Assembly: GCA_963665295.1 (NCBI GenBank)
Contig: OY762209.1
Coordinates: forward strand, 1,472,001-1,536,000
From: Syntrophorhabdaceae bacterium
Lineage (GTDB): Bacteria; Desulfobacterota; Syntrophorhabdia; Syntrophorhabdales; Syntrophorhabdaceae
Length of the DNA: 64,000 nt
Direction of reading: 5' to 3'
The position numbers and the translations under genes were made by a program. Shown piece after piece: positions 53,292 through 62,839 of the stretch (positions are counted from its first letter, which is position 1; the number at the start of each line of letters is the position of its first letter). The notes beneath the pieces were generated by a model, which made no database searches, had not been told where the DNA came from, and saw nothing but the letters and a program-made list of their open reading frames with translations.

Positions 53292-55667
53292 GTGAAACTG
53301 CGCGAATGGTGTATGGTTTTCATTACAGCCCTCGCAATGGTGTTCCCTTCATGCGGCGACGCGACCCAGGGGACGGCCCAACCCTCCGAGCCCATTACCG
53401 TGGTCCATATCGGTCCCGTGGCGCCGGACATCATAGGGGTGACCATCAAGGCGGGCCGTGTCGAACACGGGCAACAGGTCCCCTATCAGAAGGAAAAAAC
53501 CGATGTGGTTCAGAAAGACAACCTGGACATCGCGTGGGTCCTGAGAGGGGGTAAACGTATCGGGGCCCTGGTGGGGGACGGTTCCCTCATCTATACGGCG
53601 GACCGGTTGGTAGGGGAGAAACTCGATACGGATTTGGCGGACAGACCGGAGACGTACACCCTCAAGTCGGCTGAAGACCCCGGGATGGTGAACGGCGCTT
53701 CCCCCAAAGCGGTATTCAGAAAGAGCAAACCCACGGACCTGGCGCGGGGCGCAGGTTTTGAGGCGTCCCTGCAACATATCGTCTACCTCAAGCTTGCCGC
53801 GCCCCTCAAAGCGGGAAAGAAATACACCCTGGCCTTCAAGTCCATCGGAATTCCTGAACAGAGTTTCACCTACGATCCAACGGCCATGAGGAGCGAGGCG
53901 GTCCACGTGAGCCACATCGGATTCAGGCCGGACGACCCGTCCAAGGTCGCATTCCTCTCCCTCTGGATGGGCAGCGGCAATGGCGTCGATTTTCAGAATA
54001 ACAAGAAGTTCCTTCTCCTGGAGGATAAGAGCGGAACGAAGGTCTTCGAAGGGGATGTAAGACTGTCGAAGCGGGCCTCGGACGTCAACGAGGACGCCTA
54101 CAACCGGAATTTCAATGGAGTCGATGTATACATGATGGACTTCAGCGCCTTTCGCACGCCGGGGACCTATCGTGTCTGTGCGGAAGGAGTAGGCTGCTCC
54201 TATGCCTTTGAGATCGCCGAAGATGTGTGGAGGAAGGCGTTCTACGTCTCTGTCCGGGGGCTCTACCACCAGCGAAGCGGTATCGAGATCGGACCTCCCT
54301 TCACCACCTTCAAGCGGCCGCGGAACTTTTATCCTGGCGACGGGGTGAAGGTATACGCGTCGAAAACGACCCTCATGGAGACCTCGAACGGTCTCAGCAA
54401 ATCTCCGGAACACGGCGGGGCCATGCTGATGGCTAAAAGGACCCGGGAGATCGTGCCCGACGCATGGGGCGGGTACTGCGATGCGGGCGATTGGGACCGC
54501 CGTATCCAGCACCTTGACGCGGCGAGGCTGCTATTGGACCTCATGTATGAGTTTCCTTCATATTTCGACAAGATGAGCCTCAACATACCGAAGTCCTATG
54601 CCATCGCCGCGGACGTGGCGAACGAAGCATTGTGGGGTGTCGATTTTTACAAGCGCCTTCAGATGCCCGATGGTGGAGTGAGAGGCGGCATAGAGACCGA
54701 GGATCACCCGAGGTATGGTGAAACGAGCTGGCAGCAATCACACACGGTAATGGCATACGCCCCCGATGTCTGGAGCACCAGCCTCTATGCGGGAGTGGCC
54801 GCCAAAGCGGCATTCGTGATGAGTAAGGTTGACAAAAAGATGTCGGCCCAATATGAAGAAAGCGCGGTCCGGGCAATGAGGTGGGCTGAAAAAGAGTTCA
54901 AGAGCCACCCGTCTTCTTTCTATCCGCAGGAAGCGAGAGATGCGCGAAACCTTGCCGCAGCGGAGTTGTTCCGGGCGACAGGGGCAAAGGAATGGCATGA
55001 CCTGTTTCTCGCCACCACCCAGCTAAAGAACCCCGACGCACCCCTGCGCCGGCATGAGAGCTATGACCACAGCGAGGGCGCATGGGTCTATTACAGAACG
55101 GAAAGACCGGGAATGGATATGTCGGTGAAACGGAATTGCAGGAATGGTCTGGTCACGGACGCGGAGGAACGCATCATGGCGCAGAAGAAGACGGGTTTCC
55201 GTATCGCCAAGAGCCAATGGAGACCGGCATTCGGAGGGGTCTTTTCCACTCCGGACTGCATACCGGTCATCAGGGCCCACTCCATTACGGGGGATCAGCG
55301 GTACCTTCAGGCCGCGGTGCTTTCGGCACAGACGGGCGCAGGCGCGAACCCGCTCAATGTGTCGTACACCACGGGAGTGGGGCACGTCTACCCCCAAAAT
55401 GTCTTTCACTATGATTCGAGGATTACGGGGCAGCCCTGTCCTCCCGGCATCACCGTGGAGGGGCCTTTGGACCCTGAATTTGTCGGCGGATGGAAGTCGC
55501 CTCTTCACGAGGCCGTGGGGCGCTTCTGCTATCCCAATGCCAGGGAATGGCCCATAATCGAGGACTACTGGGATGTATTCTGGTACGCCATGATGGACGA
55601 ATTCACCATCTTTCAGACTATAGGGCCCAACGCCTATGTGTGGGGATACCTGGCCGCGAGGAAATAG
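53292..55667 (+). CDS. Glycoside hydrolase family 9 with N-terminal Ig-like domain, probable lipoprotein
   Basis: VHVSHIGFRPDDPSK, GLYHQRSG, GGYCDAGD, GANPLNVSYTTGVG, C-terminal DEFT; GTG start after AAGGAG (alternative start 53259). Confidence 0.88.
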   Translation: MKLREWCMVFITALAMVFPSCGDATQGTAQPSEPITVVHIGPVAPDIIGVTIKAGRVEHGQQVPYQKEKTDVVQKDNLDIAWVLRGGKRIGALVGDGSLIYTADRLVGEKLDTDLADRPETYTLKSAEDPGMVNGASPKAVFRKSKPTDLARGAGFEASLQHIVYLKLAAPLKAGKKYTLAFKSIGIPEQSFTYDPTAMRSEAVHVSHIGFRPDDPSKVAFLSLWMGSGNGVDFQNNKKFLLLEDKSGTKVFEGDVRLSKRASDVNEDAYNRNFNGVDVYMMDFSAFRTPGTYRVCAEGVGCSYAFEIAEDVWRKAFYVSVRGLYHQRSGIEIGPPFTTFKRPRNFYPGDGVKVYASKTTLMETSNGLSKSPEHGGAMLMAKRTREIVPDAWGGYCDAGDWDRRIQHLDAARLLLDLMYEFPSYFDKMSLNIPKSYAIAADVANEALWGVDFYKRLQMPDGGVRGGIETEDHPRYGETSWQQSHTVMAYAPDVWSTSLYAGVAAKAAFVMSKVDKKMSAQYEESAVRAMRWAEKEFKSHPSSFYPQEARDARNLAAAELFRATGAKEWHDLFLATTQLKNPDAPLRRHESYDHSEGAWVYYRTERPGMDMSVKRNCRNGLVTDAEERIMAQKKTGFRIAKSQWRPAFGGVFSTPDCIPVIRAHSITGDQRYLQAAVLSAQTGAGANPLNVSYTTGVGHVYPQNVFHYDSRITGQPCPPGITVEGPLDPEFVGGWKSPLHEAVGRFCYPNAREWPIIEDYWDVFWYAMMDEFTIFQTIGPNAYVWGYLAARK

Positions 55668-55679
55668 CTGTCGGGGCGA

Positions 55680-56666
55680 TCACCCCGCCTCCTTCCGGGA
55701 CCGGACCAGCCCGCTGAAGAGGAGGGAGAGGAGCCTGGCATGGGGGAACACATAGAAGACGAGGAGAAGGGGTCCGAAGGAACCTGCGAGAAACGTGCAG
55801 GGAACGATCAGGTATCCTGCCGCTCCGAGGCGGTGGAGCAGGAAATACGTGGGAAAAATGAAGAAGTACTGGAGTAGGTAAATCGAGAAGGAATACTTCC
55901 CGAGGGTCTCGAGCGTACGGACGGGGAAGTATCTCATATAAGAGAAGCAGATCGAGATTACGAAGGCTATTCCCGGGAGGGCGGTAAAGAAACCCAGGAA
56001 TTGGATGCCCGTCTTTTTGCGGACCAGATAAGCGATAAGGAAAATGAGGAAGGCGACGAGGGAGACTTCCTTTCTTTTCATGAAGGAGAGGAACCTGTCC
56101 TGTACGGTGAAAGCCTTGAGCCCGAGGTAATAGTACATTGAATAGTAGAGGACGAGGCCGATACCGAAAGCCTCTATATCCGGTCGGAAAAACTGAAATA
56201 CGAGGAGAAGGCCGAAAAGCGGATAGGGGTTGACCTTCGACAGAAGGGGGCTTATCGCCTGGATCATGATGATCGTATAAAGGAACCAGAGGAAAAGGGC
56301 GGGGTTTCTTGAAGGGTAGACCAGTATATCAAAGGGAAGTTCCCCCGGAACTACAGGCCTCAACGCGAACTGGGGGACGAAATACTTGATGAGCCCATAG
56401 GCTGCGCTCACCGTAAGATAGGGGATTATCAGGTAGACCAGTCTTGAGGGAACAACCGCCACCCACTCCCGGAGAGATCCGATCCGGGCAAGTTTCGAAG
56501 AGAAGAACCCGGAAAGGAAGAAGAACAAAGGCATATGGAACGCATAAATGAGACTGAAAAGGTGTGGGAAGACGGTCCCCACCGGCTCGCTGTGACCGAT
56601 GGTCACGAGAAGTATGCCGATGCCCCGGGCTACCTGCATTTCCTGTATATATCTATTCTCCGCCAT
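55680..56666 (-). CDS. Acyltransferase family 3 (OafA-like) membrane O-acyltransferase
   Basis: ARGIGILLVTIGH, FHMPLFFFLSGF, LWFL, LGKYSFSIYL. Confidence 0.9.
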   Translation of the reverse strand: MAENRYIQEMQVARGIGILLVTIGHSEPVGTVFPHLFSLIYAFHMPLFFFLSGFFSSKLARIGSLREWVAVVPSRLVYLIIPYLTVSAAYGLIKYFVPQFALRPVVPGELPFDILVYPSRNPALFLWFLYTIIMIQAISPLLSKVNPYPLFGLLLVFQFFRPDIEAFGIGLVLYYSMYYYLGLKAFTVQDRFLSFMKRKEVSLVAFLIFLIAYLVRKKTGIQFLGFFTALPGIAFVISICFSYMRYFPVRTLETLGKYSFSIYLLQYFFIFPTYFLLHRLGAAGYLIVPCTFLAGSFGPLLLVFYVFPHARLLSLLFSGLVRSRKEAG

Positions 56667-56752
56667 GGTATGTTGTATACTTCATTACAAAGAATTCATA
56701 TTTGTCAAGGCAAACCTGATTTGACTCCCCGGTGGAGGGGGTGTGAGGCGAC

Positions 56753-57496
56753 ATGAATATCGGCAAACTGAAGACGGTATGGGACAGGGTGGGCCGGGAA
56801 GACCCGCTGTGGGCGATCCTGGGCGACCCTCTGAAGAAGGGCGGCAAATGGGACCTCGATGGATTTTTCGAGACGGGTATTGTTGCAGTCGACCGGGTCA
56901 TGGATCATCTCGGATCTCTGGGGGTGAAGACAGGGAACGGGAAGGCCCTCGATTTCGGCTGCGGCGTGGGACGGCTGACCAGGTCTCTGCTGAGGTACTT
57001 CGACCAGGTGTATGGCGTGGATCTCGCTCCCTCCATGATCGACCTCGCGGTGAAGTATAACGGGCACCTGCCGGGGTGCAGGTTTTACGCCAATGCGGAG
57101 GATAATCTCGGGGCCTTCGGGGACGGAACCTTCGATTTCATCTATTCGAGTATTACCCTCCAGCACATCGCTCCCCGCTATGCGGAGAATTATATAAGGG
57201 AATTCCTCAGGCTCCTCGTTCCGGGAGGGGGACTGGTCTTTCAGATACCAAGTGAGCCATCGGGCCCGTTAGAGAAAGTAAAATTATTCCTGAGAGGAGT
57301 GCTGCCCGTGTCCGCGCTCCGCGGGTGCCTTCTGTCCGGGCGCGATGGCGGCGCAGCCATAGAGATGCACGGTATAAAGAGAGACAAAGTGGTAAAGATA
57401 GTCGAAGGCGAAGGAGGAAGGGTCGTTGATATCCAAGAGGACCAAAGCGCCGGAAGCCGATGGATAAGCTTGGTGTACTATGTTGTCAAGGGTTGA
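56753..57496 (+). CDS. Class I SAM-dependent methyltransferase
   Basis: ALDFGCGVGRL, ITLQHI, RLLVPGG. Confidence 0.9.
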   Translation: MNIGKLKTVWDRVGREDPLWAILGDPLKKGGKWDLDGFFETGIVAVDRVMDHLGSLGVKTGNGKALDFGCGVGRLTRSLLRYFDQVYGVDLAPSMIDLAVKYNGHLPGCRFYANAEDNLGAFGDGTFDFIYSSITLQHIAPRYAENYIREFLRLLVPGGGLVFQIPSEPSGPLEKVKLFLRGVLPVSALRGCLLSGRDGGAAIEMHGIKRDKVVKIVEGEGGRVVDIQEDQSAGSRWISLVYYVVKG

Positions 57497-57532
57497 CATA
57501 TTGACCGGACCGCCGGATTAGGAGATTGCACT

Positions 57533-59080
57533 ATGGCAGTATTTGCTTTCATATCACTATATGACCAGTCGGCATACGGGATCAAGATATTGTCTTCCTG
57601 CCTGAAACAGGCGGGGCACAAGAGACATATTATTTTCCTGAAGGCCTACGCTACGGGAAAACCGACGGAAAGAGTGCGGGTGTACGAGGGGGAAACCCCC
57701 TGGCAGGGCGTGGGGCCCCACGGCACCCCCTTTGTCTACGCGGTGAGCAATGACATTACGGACACGGAGAAAAAGATTCTCACAGAAACGTTGAGGACCT
57801 TGAAGCCCGACATGATAGGCCTGACCGTCAACTCGCCCCTCAAACAGAGGGCCATAGCGGTGACGGAACACATCAAGGCGGAACTGCCGGGCGTGCCGGT
57901 TATCTGGGGAGGTTTTGAACCGACCTTGCATCCGGAGGATTCGTTGGGATACTGTGATATTGCGTGCAGAGGGGAAGCGGAGCGAACCGTGGTAGAGTTG
58001 GCGGACGCTATCGACGCGGGACGTGATTACCGGTCCATCGGGAACCTTTGCTTCAAGAACGGCGGGTCCTATATAAAGAACGACCTCTACCCTCCGGCGG
58101 ACGTCCTCGACGCCTTGCCGTTCCAGGATTTCGATCACTCGGGCAATTTTCTCATAGAAGGCGATAAGGTGGTGGAGAGCCCGACTATTCTGTCCCATAT
58201 CGAGGGCTTCTACAACACCATATCGGGCCGCGGCTGCGTGTATCAATGCTCGTACTGCTGCGAGCGGTATCTGAAAGAAATCTATAGCCCGCACCCGTTC
58301 CTGCGAAGGCGCAGCCCGGAAGACGTGATCAGGGAACTGACGGAAGTGAAGGAGAAGAATGACCTGAAATACATCATCTTTCAGGATGAAGTTTTTTCCC
58401 ATCAGATGGAATGGCTCGAGAAGTTCGTGCCCCTGTATAAGGAGAAGATAGGCTTGCCTTTCACATGCTATGTAGTACCCTCCACCGATTTTGATTATAA
58501 GATAAGACTTCTCAAGGACGCGGGGCTGAGCAGCACGTGCCTTGCCATCCAGTCCGGATCCAAAAGGATAAACAGGCTCTACAAGAGGAGCTTCAACGAA
58601 GGGCTGACGCTCAAAGCGGCCGCATCCATAACGTCCCTCGGCCTTTCCTTCTATACCGATGTGATAACCTACAATCCGGCGGAAGACGTGGACGACCTGG
58701 AGGATACGTTGAGCACACTGTTGAAGCTTCCCCAGCCTTACGATATCTGTGTGAACAAACTGTATCTCATGCCGGGGACCGAACTGAGCGAGAAGATAAA
58801 GCGCATACAGTTGGACAAGGCTAAAACCAGGTTATTCGACTACTATTCATCTTTATTCTGGATCGCAAGCTATTTCCGGTGCTCAAGGAAGATTGTCGCC
58901 GGAATGAAATCAATTCCCTTGCTTAGAAAACGCCCTGCCTTGCTCAAGCCCGCCCTGCATGTCCTTTCCGTGGTCAGTTGTATGAGCAAGGTAACAAAGA
59001 AAGTGCACAGGCTCAAAGAGACAGGAAGACTGAACTTCACCTTTATAAACGCTTATGTGAGGGCAAAATTGAAGGTTTGA
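57533..59080 (+). CDS. Cobalamin-binding radical SAM protein
   Basis: VIWGGFEPTL, GEAE, SGRGCVYQCSYC, FQDEVF, IQSGS. Confidence 0.9.
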   Translation: MAVFAFISLYDQSAYGIKILSSCLKQAGHKRHIIFLKAYATGKPTERVRVYEGETPWQGVGPHGTPFVYAVSNDITDTEKKILTETLRTLKPDMIGLTVNSPLKQRAIAVTEHIKAELPGVPVIWGGFEPTLHPEDSLGYCDIACRGEAERTVVELADAIDAGRDYRSIGNLCFKNGGSYIKNDLYPPADVLDALPFQDFDHSGNFLIEGDKVVESPTILSHIEGFYNTISGRGCVYQCSYCCERYLKEIYSPHPFLRRRSPEDVIRELTEVKEKNDLKYIIFQDEVFSHQMEWLEKFVPLYKEKIGLPFTCYVVPSTDFDYKIRLLKDAGLSSTCLAIQSGSKRINRLYKRSFNEGLTLKAAASITSLGLSFYTDVITYNPAEDVDDLEDTLSTLLKLPQPYDICVNKLYLMPGTELSEKIKRIQLDKAKTRLFDYYSSLFWIASYFRCSRKIVAGMKSIPLLRKRPALLKPALHVLSVVSCMSKVTKKVHRLKETGRLNFTFINAYVRAKLKV

Positions 59081-59157
59081 GAAAACGGCCCGGCTTGGCC
59101 CGGCAACAGACGCTTCCCGGGGTATGTCTCCGGCAGGCAGGAGGTTATACACGTTGT

Positions 59158-60063
59158 ATGGATATTATGGAGACAGATGATCGCAGCGCCGGAGGCGACG
59201 AAGCCCGCATATGGGACAAGGTCTATCGCGACCTGAGGAGTTGCGGTCTCTATGGCACGGACGACATTCAAACCTTCCTTTCCGAATGCGAGGAACGGCA
59301 TCTCATCCCTTTTCACCTCGGAGGCCTTCCCAAGGGCTATGCGGTGGGCTCAGCGCTTCAGCGCTTATCGGGGATGATAGAAGGCAGGGCTTCCGGTGAT
59401 ATGGATGTTACCGTTCTCGATATCGGTTCCGGACTGGGAGACCTCACTGTGTATATGGCGCTCAAATACCCGGATGTAAGGTTTGTCGGTATCGACACCT
59501 CCCGGGAGGCAAAGACGTGGGGGGAGACCCTTGCAGGGAGGTTCGGCGCAGGCAATGCTTCCTTCCTGTGCGAGAACGTCAGGAACACATCCCTCCCGGA
59601 CAAAAGCATAGACTTCCTCATCGGTTTCGGTGCTCTTCATCACTTCATAGGGGAAAAGGGAACAAATCACGAGTTAAAAAGGATTCTCAGGAAGCACGGG
59701 AAAGGCGTCTTTATTGATTCCTTCCATGAGAACTATGCGTACAGGCTCTTTCATAACAAAAGACAGATGAAGGAACTTGGCGATGAGTTGATGACGAGGA
59801 AGAGAATCAGGGGTTTTTGGGGCGAAGAATTCGATACGGAAATAATCCCCACCGACTGGATGGTCATGGTTGACAAGCTGATCCTTTATTTCCGTAAACG
59901 TCTCCTGAAAGAAGAAAGGGTCCTCCGGGCACAAAGGCATCTCTCAAAACTACTGTTCTCTATCGACAGGCGCATAGACCGTTTGCCTAAGCGGATTACG
60001 ATGGGCTTTACAGGGTCTGTTCTTACCCTGGTGAAAAAGAGGGGCCGGGAACCGGCTCCTTAG
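59158..60063 (+). CDS. Class I SAM-dependent methyltransferase
   Basis: VLDIGSGLG, GALHH, RILRKHG; start ATG 59158 or 59167. Confidence 0.85.
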   Translation: MDIMETDDRSAGGDEARIWDKVYRDLRSCGLYGTDDIQTFLSECEERHLIPFHLGGLPKGYAVGSALQRLSGMIEGRASGDMDVTVLDIGSGLGDLTVYMALKYPDVRFVGIDTSREAKTWGETLAGRFGAGNASFLCENVRNTSLPDKSIDFLIGFGALHHFIGEKGTNHELKRILRKHGKGVFIDSFHENYAYRLFHNKRQMKELGDELMTRKRIRGFWGEEFDTEIIPTDWMVMVDKLILYFRKRLLKEERVLRAQRHLSKLLFSIDRRIDRLPKRITMGFTGSVLTLVKKRGREPAP

Positions 60064-60114
60064 GGAAAAGTGAGCGGGGAGGAAGAATTTCGCGGTGTTA
60101 CACACAGAAAGTTG

Positions 60115-60143
60115 TTGACATTAAAAGATTCATACAGTAAGTA
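60115..60143 (+). promoter_or_regulatory. Candidate internal sigma70 promoter
   Basis: TTGACA-17-TAAGTA in an AT-rich intergenic gap. Confidence 0.4.
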
Positions 60144-60212
60144 TTTCCTAGCATGCATATCGATGCGCATCCCGAAATGGTTCCTTATGAAAATTAAGAG
60201 TGAGGTTTATCG

Positions 60213-61325
60213 GTGAAAATTGCAATCCTGGGCACAAGGGGCATTCCTGCATGCTACGGCGGTTTCGAGACCTTTGCGGAAGAGTTGAGTATTCGCCTGG
60301 TTGAGAGGGGTCACGAGGTGACCGTCTACGGCAGGTCGAACATCATACACTACCCGGAGAGGGTCTACAAGGGCGTGCGTCTCGTAATCCTTCCCACCAT
60401 CAGTCACAAGTATTTCGACACGGTGGTCCACACCTTCATTTCTTTTCTCCATGCCCTGTTCAGGGACTACGACGTGATCCTGCTCTGCAATGCGGCAAAC
60501 AGCCTCTTTTCCTTTATCCCCCGCCTCACAGGCAAGAAGGTCATCATCAATGTGGACGGCATAGAGAGGATGAGGGCAAAATGGAATGCCCTGGGCAAAC
60601 TCTGGTACCGGATGGGAGAGATAGGGGCCTGCATTTTCCCGAATGTGGCGGTCTCCGACGCAAGGGTGATAGAGGATTATTACCTGAAGACATATAAGAA
60701 GAAGACGGTGTTCATCCCCTACGGCGCCCAGACCGAGAGGGTGGCGAGCACTGCGGTCCTCGATGCCTTCGGGATCAGACCGGACAACTACTACCTCTAC
60801 GTGAGCAGGCTGGAGCCGGAGAACAACGCCCATCTCGTGATCAAGGCCTTCGAAAAGGTGAAGACCGACATGAACCTGGTCATTGTGGGCGATGCGCCCT
60901 ACAGCAAGGAGTATATCGAGGGGCTGAAGAGTACCGTTGACCCCAGGATCATCTTTACGGGATACGTTTTCGGTGAGGGCTACAAGGAGCTTCAGTCTCA
61001 CGCCTACGTATACATCCATGCCACCTCCGTGGGGGGAACCCATCCCGCGCTCATCGAGTCCATGGGCTTCGGCAATTGCGTGATCGTAAACGGAACGCCG
61101 GAGAACAGGGAAGTGGTGAGGGACGCGGCGATCGTGTTCGACGAGAACAGCGAGGAAAGCCTCCGGGAACGGCTTGAAATGGTGATTTCGGGAAAGATTT
61201 CAGTTGAGGCCTTCAGAGAAAAGGCGCGGCGGATGATCGAGGAGAATTATACCTGGGAAAAGGTCACCCGCTCTTATGAGGACCTTTTCCTGAAATGCCT
61301 TGGAAAGAAGGGGAACCAGGTTTGA
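60213..61325 (+). CDS. Glycosyltransferase family 4 (DUF1972-type N-terminus)
   Basis: MKIAILGTRGIPACYGGFETFAEEL, NVDGIE, SRLEPENN, GGTHPALIESM. Confidence 0.92.
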   Translation: MKIAILGTRGIPACYGGFETFAEELSIRLVERGHEVTVYGRSNIIHYPERVYKGVRLVILPTISHKYFDTVVHTFISFLHALFRDYDVILLCNAANSLFSFIPRLTGKKVIINVDGIERMRAKWNALGKLWYRMGEIGACIFPNVAVSDARVIEDYYLKTYKKKTVFIPYGAQTERVASTAVLDAFGIRPDNYYLYVSRLEPENNAHLVIKAFEKVKTDMNLVIVGDAPYSKEYIEGLKSTVDPRIIFTGYVFGEGYKELQSHAYVYIHATSVGGTHPALIESMGFGNCVIVNGTPENREVVRDAAIVFDENSEESLRERLEMVISGKISVEAFREKARRMIEENYTWEKVTRSYEDLFLKCLGKKGNQV

Positions 61326-61374
61326 TTGACGAAAAGCACGCCATGTTTCCTGAAACACCCGGGGTGACCGGGCT

Positions 61375-62811
61375 ATGATAAGAGAACACGAAAGATACTT
61401 TTCCCCCATCATCTATTTTCTGGACTGCCTTTTCATACTTTTTTCCTATGCCCTGAGTGTCTCCCTTTACATGGGGATCCTGAGGTTCACCCATCCATTC
61501 GGGCTCAACGGGCCCTTCTCGTTCTATTGGGACAGGTACCTCCTCACGTTGCCCTTCTTCTTCATGATCTTTGTCTTCTTTTACCAGTTCTGGTACAAGA
61601 ACCGTGTACTACAACTCGGAAAGGTGGGGATCATGATGCTTCAGATCGCAATCCCCTGTATTCTTACGGGCGCGATCTTTGTCGCCTTCACCATGGTCAA
61701 TAAGTCCTTCACCATGGATTTCTGGTTCGTCCTGCTTTACCTCGTTCTTTCCTGGATATTCCTTCTCGCGATCAGGCTCTGCGTGCTCATGTACATCAGG
61801 ATGGAGCAAAAGAAGGGCCGGTACGTAAAGTACCTCCTCGTGGTGGGCACGGGGGAACGGGCCGTCAAGGCGGCGCGTCTCTTTGAGGACAACCCGGGTT
61901 GGGGGGTCGAGATGATCGGGTTCCTCACGAACCAGAGGAGCGAAGTGGGAAAGGAGATCTCGAAATACAGGGTTATCGGTCTGGTGGACGACCTGCCCAC
62001 GATCCTGGAAGATAACGTGGTGGATACGATCTTCTTCACGGGCGGGACGGACAGCACGACTCAGATCCGCAATCTCGCGAACCGGTGCGAGATGATAGGC
62101 ATAGATTTCGTGCTCGACGTGTCGACCCTGCTCGCAAAGACTATCGGAGTTTCCGCCGAGCCTCTTCGGGATATGTCCACCATCCTCTTCAGGCCCCTGC
62201 CGTACAGCCCGGAGAAACTTTTCCTGAAAAGGGTTTTCGATTTCATGGTTTCGGGCGCCCTTATCATCTTCTGCATACCCTTCTGGATAATCATACCCAT
62301 CCTCATCAGACGGGATTCTCCCGGGCCCGCTTTTTATGTACAGGAGAGGGTGGGCAAGCACGGCAGGCCTTTCCGGATGTACAAGTTCCGCACCATGGTT
62401 GTCAATGCCGAGCATATGCAGGAAAAGGTCATGCATCTCAACGAAATGGACGGCCCCGTGTTCAAGATAAAGGAAGACCCCCGTCTCACGAAGATAGGCA
62501 AGTTCCTGAGGCGGACCAGCCTCGACGAACTCCCCCAGTTGTTCAACGTCTTTCTGGGCAGCATGAGTCTTGTGGGCCCCCGGCCGCCCATCATGAAGGA
62601 AGTCCTGCGTTATCGCCCGTGGCAGCGAAAGAGGCTCTCCGTGACCCAGGGTGTTACCTGTCTCTGGCAGGTAACGGGGAGAAATGAGATAAAGTTCGAC
62701 GAATGGATGAAACTTGACCTGCAGTACATAGAAAACTGGTCGCTCACCCTCGACTTAAAGATCCTGTTTTTGACGGTGACCGCGGTAATTTCGAGAAGAG
62801 GGGCAGTCTGA
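61375..62811 (+). CDS. Priming polyprenyl-phosphate glycosylphosphotransferase (WcaJ/WbaP family)
   Basis: LKRVFD, YKFRTM, DPRLTKIGKFLRRTSLDELPQLFNV..GSMSLVGPRP, LDLQYIENWS. Confidence 0.95.
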   Translation: MIREHERYFSPIIYFLDCLFILFSYALSVSLYMGILRFTHPFGLNGPFSFYWDRYLLTLPFFFMIFVFFYQFWYKNRVLQLGKVGIMMLQIAIPCILTGAIFVAFTMVNKSFTMDFWFVLLYLVLSWIFLLAIRLCVLMYIRMEQKKGRYVKYLLVVGTGERAVKAARLFEDNPGWGVEMIGFLTNQRSEVGKEISKYRVIGLVDDLPTILEDNVVDTIFFTGGTDSTTQIRNLANRCEMIGIDFVLDVSTLLAKTIGVSAEPLRDMSTILFRPLPYSPEKLFLKRVFDFMVSGALIIFCIPFWIIIPILIRRDSPGPAFYVQERVGKHGRPFRMYKFRTMVVNAEHMQEKVMHLNEMDGPVFKIKEDPRLTKIGKFLRRTSLDELPQLFNVFLGSMSLVGPRPPIMKEVLRYRPWQRKRLSVTQGVTCLWQVTGRNEIKFDEWMKLDLQYIENWSLTLDLKILFLTVTAVISRRGAV

Positions 62812-62839
62812 TGGTCCGTGGTCATGGAGGGAAGGAAGA

